Source: Macrostomum lignano
Lineage: Eukaryota
Assembly: GCA_002269645.1 (NCBI GenBank)
Contig: NIVC01001825.1
Location: forward strand, 1-60,204
Reading direction: 5' to 3'
DNA length: 60,204 nt
Shown: piece after piece, positions 36,345-46,869 of the stretch
Position numbering within the stretch: position 1 is the first letter of the stretch
How the letters are laid out: every line of letters starts with the position of its first letter
Position numbers and translations under genes: made by a program
Notes under the pieces: model-generated
Databases searched by the model: none
Seen by the model: the letters and a program-made list of their open reading frames with translations, nothing else
What the model was told of the DNA's origin: nothing

Positions 36345-39124
36345 CAGTTAGTTAGTCAGTTAAGTTAGTTAGTTGAAGGTAGTTAGTTAGTTAGTTAGTC
36401 AGTTAGTTACTTAGTCAGTCAGTTAGTCAGTCAGTTAGTTTATACTATTATTAGTGATAAGCAGTAACTATTTGTTATTGATATTAGTTATTTACCCATT
36501 AAAAGGCTCACTGAACATTGATTAGCATAAGGTGCTCGTATTTGAGCTTGTAAGACTTGTGTTGCATTGCGCTAATCCTACTCAGACCTAAACCTGAGTT
36601 TCTGTGTTGTGTTGAGCACTGAACTTCTGGTTTTTGTGCGTCAATTTGTTTATAATTTATACAACTATTAATCATACGAGTAGTAACAATATTAATTATG
36701 CATATTAATAATTCTGTTCATTTCCCTTCAGCCGATGTATCACTATTTGTTTCAGGACGAGGCCGTAAGTCTCTATTAGAAAATTGACAATAATAAAATA
36801 TTATTAAACGGAGTACTTTGAAATCAATTAGTATGCCAATGTAAATCAATAATTTGGAAATGAGTAAGTTGCATTAAACTGTCCTCAAGGCGTATTAACT
36901 GGTTTGCTTTGATAGTCGGATAATTATGTTTAAATGTCCATAGGCACGTTTTAGATTAGTAAGTACGTTGTCGAGCGAACAATGTGATCTCGGGTATTTC
37001 GCTAGGTGGGATTTTTTAGAATTGTGGGGAATTTCCGCATGGGAATTCTGGTGATTTAGCGAGTGGGGAATTTCTGCATGAAAATTTCGGTTATTTAGCG
37101 AGTGGGGGAATTTCTGCATGGAAATTCGGGTGATTTAGCGAGTAGGGAATTTCTGCATGGGAATTCGGGTGATTTAGCGAGTGGGGAATTTCTGGGAATT
37201 CTGGTGATTTAGCGAGTGGGGATTTTCTGGGAATTCAACGAGTGGGGAATTTCTGGGAATTCGGCGGATTCTGCAAGTAGGGAATTCGGGTGATTTAGCA
37301 AGTGGGGAATTTTTTGTGATTCGGGCGATTGAGCAGGTGGGGAATCTCTGGGAATGTGGGGATCTAGCGAGTGGATGATTTTAAAGAAATGCGGGGGATT
37401 TAGCGAGTGGGAACCTCTAGGATTTCAAGACTCGGGGAATCGAATATTTGTAGCAGTTTTAGATATGGTGGAACAAGCTCTTAGAAATGCACTCGTCAAT
37501 ATTTGTAAGTCACGCAATAATAAATCTGCCTAACCTTTTTTGCATTTTTCTACTTACTGCGCACAACTGTTTCTGTACTTGATTGACGATTATTTATTCA
37601 ATTCAACCTCTTGCTTGACGATTGAAGCTTTAAAATTAACAAACTATCACGCCTATTGCGCACCTTTGAAATACTCGAGTATGGCACAAATCATACGGTT
37701 GTCTTCTTTAATTTTGTGATTACCTTAGCAATAGCTTTTGTCAATTGTGATAATTTCCTTCAATGTGAATGTGAATCTTGTGATTTATTTCTATTTCACT
37801 ATGGGTTAATCGTGACATCAGTATCAGTATCAGTAGTATCTGTATATATAATTACTGCGTGTCTAATGAACAGAAATAAGGCCTTGTTTAAAATTCCAAT
37901 ACCATAATAAATTAAAAGTTCATTCATCGGCGCATATGCTAATAAGCTACTCAATTCAGTAGTCAGTTTATCTAATCTAATCAGGTCGGGGTCCCTAATT
38001 CCGCTATTCAAATTTATACGAGCCCGCAAATTACTGAACCCCTTTCACATTTTATGGCCAAACCTCTACACGCGCCCAGGAGTTTAGCTGCAATGTACAT
38101 TGAATTTCCACGCTGACTTTAAATGTACACTGTGCCTATTCGGGCCCCTACTTAAAAAAAACCCGACGCCCCTTCTCTACCCTTACTATTTTATGGCCCA
38201 TCTTCTAGCGCCGGAAAGTTTAAACTGCAATGTACATTCAACTGTCGGAGCTGATTGTACATCGTGGCAATCCTCGCACTTAAAAAAACCTTGTGTCGCT
38301 TCCCTCGCTCATCTAACACTTTAATGGCCCATTTTCTCGAGCGAAGGCTTTTATTAGCTGGGCTTGCATCAGATAGGCTTAAACTGCTGCAAGTGCAAGG
38401 GAATATTTCTCTTGCACTTTCCCGCAGTTTTCCCGCAGGGTTTTTACAGTCGGAATTTCAAGTCAAATCCAGTACTGTCTATAGACAGTACTGGACTAGA
38501 TTAGAACTAACCTAGACTAGACTAGACTGGACTAGGCTAGGCTAGACTAGACTAGACATAAACTGGACTAGATTAAAAACTAGACTAGATTAAAAACTAG
38601 ACTAGATTAAAAACTAGACTAGATTAAAAACTAGACTAGATTAGAACTAGACTAGATTAGATTTCAAATCCGATTGGATTTGACTTGAAATTCTGACTGT
38701 GGAACGCCGCGGGAAAATCTTGGCGGGGAAATCTCGGCGGGAAAAGCCCGCCGCCGGAAAAGCTCGCGCGGGAAATTTTCCTGCGGGAAATTCTCATAGA
38801 CCCATAAAAAGCCATTTTCGTGTTAAAAATCGCCACTACTTTCTTTACTTGCTATCAAAAGTAGGCTATGTCACAAACTTTCTCTAAATATCGTACGGAA
38901 ATCTTTCTGACATGATTTCATCCTTCTGTTCTTCATTAAAATAACGCGTACCTTTGTCTTCAAACCCTTTCACCATTCAATTTCAGGCGCTGCTCTTATC
39001 CAACATCAATCGACTGCCAGATATGACACCGACATCAGAGGAGGCGCCTAGTGCTCAGTCAGCAGCTACTCAGCCTCCAGTTACCGAGTCCGAGTCTGAC
39101 GAACAGCAGCAGCCTGCGGCATGA
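26382..39124 (+). CDS. APPL1: APPL/DIP13 endosomal adaptor (BAR-PH-PTB), ~673 aa, 12 exons plus a candidate microexon
   Basis: Exons 26382-26432, 27464-27622, 27826-27897, 27985-28072, 28167-28208, 28282-28391, 28732-28910, 29090-29476, 31867-32027, 32508-32901, 34103-34343 and 38987-39124 are all GT-AG and phase-consistent. Motifs: LLLEEAIEDSPQT..L.VFEED (BAR start), KSGYLMLRSRAGLLQTRWDREFFFTQTGNLMRQ.R.DVAG (PH), PIQFD, VRFTGSMEV...RQILTARAVHNIF (PTB). Confidence 0.95.
29640..31700. repeat. 19-bp minisatellite in APPL intron 8 with 400-bp higher-order repeat
   Basis: Units TCTCTCATCTCTGCTATGA / TCCCTCATCTCTGCCCTGA; the marker CCTGAATCTC recurs at 30291, 30691 and 31091. Confidence 0.96.
32925..33915. 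repeat. 23-bp minisatellite in APPL intron 10
   Basis: Unit GATTAGGTAGATCA(A/G)GGTGTTGG, ~43 copies. Confidence 0.96.
34480..36440. repeat. ~2-kb (GTTA/GTCA)n microsatellite in APPL intron 11
   Basis: Tetranucleotide run punctuated about ten times by GTTGAAGGTA. Confidence 0.98.
36732..36764 (+). CDS. APPL1: Candidate APPL microexon (33 nt PMYHYLFQDEA, or 9 nt DEA from 36756)
   Basis: tttcccttcag|CCGATGTATCACTATTTGTTTCAG|GACGAGGCC|gtaagt: two pyrimidine-rich acceptors and a consensus donor. Both forms are phase 0-0 and stop-free between phase-0 flanking exons. Confidence 0.6.
36995..37420. repeat. Degenerate G-rich tandem repeat in APPL intron 11
   Basis: GGTGATTTAGCGAGTGGGGAATTTCTG... units of variable length. 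Confidence 0.8.
38447..38699. mobile_element. Foldback/MITE-like element with 25-bp inverted ends
   Basis: CAGTCGGAATTTCAAGTCAAATCCA (38447-38471) vs TGGATTTGACTTGAAATTCTGACTG (38675-38699), 24/25 complementary. TA on the left, TG on the right; internal 28-bp palindrome and (CTAGA)n. Confidence 0.6.
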
Positions 39125-39526
39125 GAGTAATTTAATTGACCGAATTTCAAAAGAGGGACCGTCCCATTGTCAGTGATGAAGTCAAGCAATGCTAACGGTT
39201 AATTTTCAAAAGAATAATATAAAATTGATATGTAGCAAGAAATATTATTATTATTATATTTGCTATATTTTAGATTGACCTATATTATCCAGAAGTGGGT
39301 CTTCGAATTGAGTAGGGTCTGTTTTGTATATGCCTGCTTGAATCATTTATGCAGTAATCTGCTAATTTAATTTGTGTTTTTATTGTCGTTTTTATTGTCC
39401 ATATAATTTTCCATTTCTCGCTTATTAAATGCTTTAATCAATGTTTTACTATTATATGTTTCCTATTTTTTCTGCTTTTGTTGTGTTTAGAAAAACTTCT
39501 TCAACCCGCTTCGAACAACTCTTGCT

Positions 39527-39532
39527 AATAAA
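39527..39532 (+). terminator. Possible APPL polyadenylation signal
   Basis: AATAAA ~400 nt after the stop, at the end of an AT-rich UTR-like stretch. Confidence 0.35.
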
Positions 39533-39629
39533 GTTTTTCCCAACAAAGCAGTTCTATGAAGTGCTTCGTTTGTTCAGATCAAGTGGGTTATGTCGTTGAA
39601 ACCAAGTGGCTCGTTGATATCATTACTAT

Positions 39630-40354
39630 GTCACGTGACTCATTGATATCGTTAGTAAAGTCCCGTGACTCATTGATATCGTTAGTAAAGTCACGTGACT
39701 CATTGATATCGTTAGTAAAGTCACGTGACTCATTGATATCGTTAGTAAAGTCACGTGACTCATTGATATCGTTAGTAAAGTCACGTGACTCATTGATATC
39801 GTTAGTAAAGTCACGTGACTCATTGGTGTCGTTAGTAAAGTCACGTGACTCATTGGTGTCGTTAGTAAAGTCACGTGACTCATTGATGTCGTTAGTAAAG
39901 TCACGTGACTCATTGGTGTCGTTAGTAAAGTCACGTGACTCATTGGGGGCGTTAGTAAAGTCACGTGACTCATTGGTGTTGTTAGTAAAGTCACGTGACT
40001 CATTGGGGGCGTTAGTAAAGTCACGTGACTCATTGATATCGTTAGTAAAGTCACGTGACTCATTGGGGCGTTAGTAAAGTCACGTGACTCATTGGTGTTG
40101 TTAGTAAAGTCACGTGACTCATTGGGGGCGTTAGTAAAGTCACGTGACTCTGGTGTCGTTAGTAAAGTCACGTGACTCATTGGTGTCGTTAGTAAAGTCA
40201 CGTGACTCATTGGGGGCGTTAGTAAAGTCACGTGACTCTGGTGTCGTTAGTAAAGTCACGTGACTCATTGGTGTCGTTAGTAAAGTCACGTGACTCATTG
40301 GGGGCGTTAGTAAAGTCACGTGACTCATTGATATCGTTAGTAAAGTCACGTGAC
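39630..40354. repeat. 30-bp minisatellite carrying the GTCACGTGAC palindrome, ~25 copies
   Basis: Unit GTCACGTGACTCATTG(ATAT/GTGT/GGGG)CGTTAGTAAA. Confidence 0.97.
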
Positions 40355-41014
40355 AACTTTAGATTTTATTTTGTATTAACTACAATTGAATGCCATTTAT
40401 TTAGGCCTATAGGTTTATGAGAGTCTATCTAGATATTCCAACAGAGTCATTTATGCTCTGATACAGCTAAACACCCGCTATTGTTTTATTAATATCAAAT
40501 ATTGCTTTTTTGAACTTCTCGTGACCTTTTTTGACCTTTTTCACAGCTGCGACTTTCTATTGGCATACAGCTTAGTTCTGTATAGTACATTTACGCCTTA
40601 CTTTTGAACCCTATTAAGAGCTGTACACACGCATGCAGGTGGCAGTAAAGCCAGAGAGAACCAATTGATACAAAATTAGTTAATTTGCTTCTCAACATTA
40701 TTTAAGCAGCTTGCCATTATATCTACTTATTCTCATTATTTTTGGTGTTTCACATCTAAACAAGTTATATAACTCTCACCGTCACACTATGTAATGCTGG
40801 AAACTGGATGTATTTACTATTTGCTTTTAAACAAAAGACAAATCTTATTTGTTGAGAAAGTAAAATAAATTTCTGTTTTTTTACCTAACGTTTAATGAGT
40901 TTTAATTAAAAATAGACTGTAAATTAATCGGTGAACAGGTGTCTTCATTCGCCGTTTTAACAAATATTTCATTATCTGACTACTTAGAGTAACCTTGTCG
41001 CGTTTGTTTGTTTG

Positions 41015-42175
41015 AGGTGGGCGCCCCTGTCTCTGAGGTAAGTGCCCCTGTCTCTGAGTTGGGCGCCCTGTCTCTGAGTTGGGCGCCCTGTCTCTGAGTT
41101 GGGCGCCCTGTCTCTGAGTTGGGCGCCCTGTCTCTGAGTTGGGCGCCCCTGTCTCTGAGGTGAGTGACCCTTTCTCTGAGTTGGGCGCCCCTGTCTCTTA
41201 GTTGGCGCCCCTGTCTCTGAGGTGAGCGACTCTGTATCTGAGGTGAGTGCCCCTGTCTCTTAGTTGGCGCCCCTGTCTCTGAGGTGAGTGCCCCTGTCTC
41301 TTAGTTGGCGCCCCTGTCTCTGAGTTGGGCGCCCCTGTCTCTGAGGTGAGTGACCCTTTCTCTGAGTTGGGCGCCCCTGTCTCTTAGTTGGCGCCCCTGT
41401 CTCTGAGGTGAGCGACTCTGTATCTGTGGTGAGTGCCCCTGTCTCTTAGTTGGCGCCCCTGTCTCTGAGGTGAGTGCCCCTGTCTCTTAGTTGGCGCCCC
41501 TGTCTCTGAGGTGAGCGACTCTGTATCTGAGGTGAGTGCCCCTGTCTCTTAGTTGGCGCCCCTGTCTCTGAGGTGAGTGCCCCTGTCTCTTAGTTGGCGC
41601 CCCTGTCTCTGAGGTGAGCGACTCTGTATCTGAGGTGAGTGCCCCTGTCTCTTAGTTGGCGCCCCTGTCTCTGAGGTGAGTGCCCCTGTCTCTTAGTTGG
41701 CGCCCCTGTCTCTGAGGTGAGTGCCCCTGTCTCTTAGTTGGCGCCCCTGTCTCTGAGGTGAGCGACTCTGTATCTGAGGTGAGTGCCCCTGTCTCTTAGT
41801 TGGCGCCCCTGTCTCTGAGGTGAGTGCCCCTGTCTCTTAGTTGGCGCCCCTGTCTCTGAGGTGAGCGACTCTGTATCTGAGGTGAGTGCCCCTGTCTCTT
41901 AGTTGGCGCCCCTGTCTCTGAGGTGAGTGCCCCTGTCTCTTAGTTGGCGCCCCTGTCTCTAAGGTGAGTGTCCCTGTCTCTTGGCTGGCGCCCCTGTCTA
42001 TTGGTTGGCGCCCTTCTCTCTGAGGTTTAGCCCCTGTCTCTGAGTTGGGCGCCCTGTCTCTGAGGTGAGCGCCCCTGTCGAGGTGGGCGCCCCTGTCTCT
42101 GAGGTGAACGACTCTGTCTCTAAGTTGGGCGCCTCTGTCTCTGAGGTGGGCGCCCCTGTCTGAGGTGGGCGCCCC
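41015..42175. repeat. 20-21-bp composite minisatellite
   Basis: Alternating GCCCCTGTCTCTGAGGTGAGT and GCCCCTGTCTCTTAGTTGGC units. Confidence 0.95.
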
Positions 42176-42638
42176 GGCCACCCGCGCTTAACGTGTTTTA
42201 AAATATTAACTTTCCCGAAGGCACTTCGCATTCCATGAAAAAGCCAATAGCCAAGCTTTAACGAACTACATGTAAACAGTCTCACTCACTGCTCAATTCT
42301 GAAACCTTATCAACAGTTAGTGAATTTCTATGAAACATCAAATATTTCAACTACGAGCTGCACGGTAAGGGGAAGGCAAAATGTTGCAAGTGCTATATGC
42401 AACTCGCGCATGTGAGCAGTTCCATGCTCCAATGTACTCGCGGGCTAGGGTAGGCAATGAAAGGCATTTTGTAAGTTTAGAAAGATAAGAAAGATTTTAA
42501 AAATCTGCACATGTACAAAAAAGTATAAAAAACATGCAAGTTTTTAGTGTGCTATTAAAATTTGTCATCCTTAATATTGATGGGAATCACGTGCAGTCTC
42601 TTGAGTTACTGGCTATATGACAAGATCTCTGTAGCCCT

Positions 42639-44438
42639 ATGTCTCCTGGAAGAACAGCACTAATAAGAGTATTCATAGTTTTATTGATTCTGCAGACATG
42701 GTGCCAGAGCTTGCGTCTGGACTCTGCTGCTGCCAACCAGAACTGGCTGAGCAATGCGCAGCCACTGACTGGAGGAGTCACGGTGAGATGGAGCTGTTTT
42801 TGTGTTCTCTTGAATCACATCCATTCACCAAATTTAAAGAAATCACAACCCATTTACTAATTTTACATAAATCGCATCTTTCACCAACTTGAGAAATCAC
42901 ATCTATTCACCAACTCGAGAAATCACATCTATTCACCAACTCGAGAAATCACATCTATTCACTAACTTGAGAAATCACATCTATTCACCAAGTTGAGAAA
43001 TCACATCTACTCACTAACTTGAGAAATCACATCTATTCACCAAGTTGAGAAATCACATCTACTCACTAACTTGAAAAATCACATCTAATTCACCAAGTTG
43101 AGAAATCACATCTATTCACCAAGTTGAGAAATCACATCTATTCACCAAGTTGAGAAATCACATCTATTCACAAACTTGAGAAATCACATCCATTTACCAA
43201 CTTGAGAAATCACATCTATTCACCAACTTGAGACAAACATATCCATTCTTTAGAAAACTACCATGGAGCCAATGGAAACTTTCACCGGAAGTACTCCTAC
43301 GTCTGAAGCAACGGAAGCTGCCACCGGAAGTACATCTGAAACAATGGAAACTGCCACCGGAAGTACATATGAAACAATGGAAACTGCCACCGGAAGTACA
43401 TATGAAACAACGGAAATTGCCACCGGAAGTACATATGAAACAACGGAAATTGCCACCGGAAGTACATATGAAACAACGGAAATTGCCACCGGAAGCACGG
43501 CTAAGACAACAAAAATTACCTTCGGGACTACCGCTCAACAAACGGCCACTTTCACGACAACAATAGGCTTACTAACGGCTACTCCCACCATCAGGATGAC
43601 TGCGACAACAACAGGACCCACGCTTCAACCGCACACGAGGTCCACCTTCCAGACTTCGTCGGAGGCTTCCACAACCATTCAGTCTTTAACCGGTTCTACC
43701 GTTGCTGGAACCACCGAAAGCACCATCGAAATCACACCCGGAAGCACCGCTGGAAGCACCACTGGAAGCACTTCCGGAAAAACCACCGGAAGCACCACTG
43801 GAAGCACTTCCGGAAGAACCACCGGAAGCACCTCCGGCAGCACCTCCAGAAGAACCACCGGAAGCACCTCCGGCAGCACCTCCGGAAGAACCACCGGAAG
43901 CACCTCTGGCAGCACCTCCAGAGGAACCACCGGAAGCTCCACCGGAAGAACCACCGGAAGCACCTCTGGCAGCACCTCCAGAGGAACCACCGGAAGCTCC
44001 ACCGGAAGAACCACCGGAAGCACCTCTGGCAGCACCTCCAGAGGAACCACCGGAAGCTCCACCGGAAGCACCACCGGAAGCACCTCCGGCAGCACCTCCG
44101 GAAGAACCACCGGAAGCACCTCTGGCAGCACCTCCAGAGGAACCACCGGAAGCTCCACCGGAAGAACCACCGGAAGCACCTCTGGCAGCACCTCCAGAGG
44201 AACCACCGGAAGCTCCACCGGAAGCACCACCGGAAGCACCCTGTCAACGGAAGCTTCCACAATGGAAGCGTCGACAACAGACTCGGAGCTGGAAGGCAGT
44301 CCAGAACGCAGTCCCCGACTATTGGCCATCATCGGTGGCGCGGTGCTGGCGCTAATGTCGCTGACGGCGTCGGTGCTGCTGATTCTATTCGCAACTTCTC
44401 GTCGGCGACGTCGGAGAAGGTGCGAAAATGCGGCCTGA
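42639..44438 (+). CDS. Orphan mucin-like Thr/Ser/Gly-rich single-pass (type I) membrane protein, ~442 aa
   Basis: Exon 42639-42782 (signal-like MSPGRTALIRVFIVLLILQTWCQS, ACG|gtgaga) joins exon 43254-44438 (ctttag|AAA ACT ACC ATG), both phase 0. It encodes a T/S/G repeat stalk, TM helix LLAIIGGAVLALMSLTASVLLILFA, stop-transfer RRRRRRR and tail CENAA. A possible donor AG|gtgcga at 44419/44420 means the tail could be longer. Confidence 0.75.
42888..43232. repeat. 26-bp minisatellite in the mucin-like gene intron
   Basis: Unit TTGAGAAATCACATCTATTCACCAA(C/G). Confidence 0.93.
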
Positions 44439-44547
44439 AGATGCTTGTTGGAACATTAGCGCGATACTACTGTAAGGCATAGATGTGTAAGCTGTAATCT
44501 CTACATGTATTCTACAGGTGCTTCTTAGAGAGCGCTATTGTGTACAT

Positions 44548-44715
44548 ACAATTCCCCTCTGATGCTTTTGTGTTACTAAAATACCCCTCTGATGCTTTTG
44601 TGTTACTAAAATTCCCCTCTGATGCTTTTGTGCTACTAAAATTCCCCTCAGATGCTTTGGTGCTACTAAAATTCCCCTCCGACGCTTTTGTATCACTAAA
44701 ATTCCCCTTTGATGC
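44548..44715. repeat. 30-bp tandem repeat (~5.5 copies)
   Basis: Unit ATTCCCCTCTGATGCTTTTGTG(T/C)TACTAAA. Confidence 0.85.
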
Positions 44716-44860
44716 TTAATGTGTCTTGCCTTTATGTCAAAAGCAAAAGTACAAAATGAACAGTCCTTCAATTTGCTTATTACTATTTAATATTTGGTTT
44801 AAATAGCAATGCACTTTTTACACTCAAATTCTTCGCTCATGCACATGTAGGGACTGTAGG

Positions 44861-46459
44861 CTAGCAATCCAAGCTCCTAGGAGCCAAGGCAACGCACTTT
44901 GAAATTGTCCCACAATTAAGTCTGTCACTATGTCGATGAAACTGACAGTTTGGGTTGAAAGTCAAAGATTGTCGAATTTTCTTCTTCACTTTCGAGAGCC
45001 CCATTGAGTTGCTTCTCGAGTGGCGTGAGCGAGACTTCAACGGCTCACTTGACAGCGCCAACTGCTTGGGCTTGCGTGCTGGTTTATAAAAAGTGCAAAA
45101 TAAGAGGCGATCTAAATTTGGACAAAGAATTCCATCTGACTGCAGAATTGGTTAATCTTGAAGGTGTCTTAAACTTCAGTAAAGCAGGTGAGTTAGCCTT
45201 ACAAAATCAGTGTTCGGTATAGAGTCCTGTAGATGGGTCAGCCTCGGGTCATGCAGATGGGTCAGCCTCGGGTCATGCAAATGGGTCAGCCTCTGTTCAT
45301 GCAGATGGGCCTCGGGTCATGCAGATGGGTCAGCCTCGGGTCATGCAAATGGGTCAGCCTCGGGTCATGCAGATGGGTCAGCCTCGGGTCATGCAGATGG
45401 GTCAGCCTCGGGTCATGTAGATGAGTCAGCCTCGGATCATGCAGATGGGTCAGACTCTGGGTCATGCAGATGGGTCAGCCTCGGGTCATGCAGATGGGTC
45501 AGCCTCGGGTCATGCAGATGGGTCAGCCTTGGGTCATGCAGATGGGTCAGCCTCGGGTCATGCAGATGGGTCAGCCTCGGGTCATGCAGATGGGTCAGCC
45601 TCGGATCATGCAGATGGGTCAGACTCTGGGTCATGCAGATGGGTCAGCCTCGGGTCATGCAGATGGGTCAGCCTCGGGTCATGTAGATGAGTCAGCCTCT
45701 GTTCATGCAGATGGGCCTCGGGTCATGCAGATGGGTCAGCCTCGGGTCATGCAGATGGGTCAGCCTCGGGTCATGCAGATGGGTCAGCCTCGGGTCATGC
45801 AGATGGGTCAGCCTCGGGTCATGCAGATGGGTCAGCCTCGGATCATGCAGATGGGTCAGACTCTGGGTCATGCAGATGGGTCAGCCTCGGGTCATGCAAA
45901 TGGGTCAGCCTCGGGTCATGCAGATGGGTCAGCCTCGGGTCATGCAGATGGGTCAGCCTCGGGTCATGCAAATGGGTCAGCCTCGGGTCATGCAGATGGG
46001 TCAGACTCTGGGTCATGCAGATGGGTCAGCCTCGGGTCATGCAAATGGGTCAGCCTCGGGTCATGCAGATGGGTCAGCCTCGGGTCATGCAGATGGGTCA
46101 GCCTCGGGTCATGCAGATGGGTCAGCCTCGGGTCATGCAGATGGGTCAGCCTCGGGTCATGCAGATGGGTCAGCCTCGGGTCATGCAGATGGGTCAGCCT
46201 CGGGTCATGCAGATGGGTCAGCCTCGGGTCATGCAAATGGGTCAGCCTCGGGTCATGCAGATGGGTCAGCCTCGGGTCATGCAGATGGGTCAGCCTCGGG
46301 TCATCCTATGCAAATGGGACAGCCTGATCGAGTTATACCACATTAATCGGTCGGCAATGGCCCCTCATGCAGCACCTCACTTTGTCGCCAGTCTGTCTGT
46401 CCAGTTCGCTTGGGCAGTTTTTTCGTCCATTTTTCCATCAATTTGCAAATTTTCAGTTT
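44861..46459 (-). CDS. Candidate two exons of an unrecognised basic protein or spliced ncRNA
   Basis: Exon 46381-46459 (cttgtgcttttcttag|AAA ... AAA|gtgagg) joins exon 44861-45078 (ttttgcactttttataaaccag|CA) in phase 1. The frame gives ...MEKWTKKLPKRTGQTDWRQTRKPKQLALSSEPLKSRSRHSRSNSMGLSKVKKKIRQ...LDC*. Confidence 0.3.
45231..46305. repeat. 24-bp minisatellite, ~45 copies
   Basis: Unit GGGTCATGCA(G/A)ATGGGTCAGCCTC. Confidence 0.97.
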
Positions 46460-46869
46460 CTAAGAAAAGCACAAGAAGCGCGGGGTACAGCAGGCCCCGA
46501 GGCATGCATCAAGTCGTCAGGTCGATCTTCTCCATGTAATGACAGTCCGCAACAAACGATGGGTGTTCGGCTTTTTTTAACTGAGGCCACAGCCGGACTC
46601 AATAATCACAGAGGTACATGTATCGTGCAGGTGGACTCCAGCCTTCAATTTTTCAGCTTTCGAGTTAGCATGTGCAGCCATAATTACATGGCATGGGACT
46701 CTTTATCGGCTGCATCACTGCCTTGCCATCAGAGAAGTGGATATCTTTGACTCGAGTCTTAATTGGCTTTTAAATCGCTTCACTCTTGCTGGGAATTCTT
46801 CCTATCGGTCTGTGGGGAATTTCTTCCCCTTTTCTATGGGGATTCTTGTTGAGTTTGTGGGGATTTCTC

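Noticed and set aside
43679-44355. Antisense VVLPEVLP ORF, W/C/F-rich ORF and +1-frame EAPPEEP ORF
   Set aside because: Shadow frames of the mucin repeat. Only the T/S/G frame connects to a signal-peptide exon and a TM helix.
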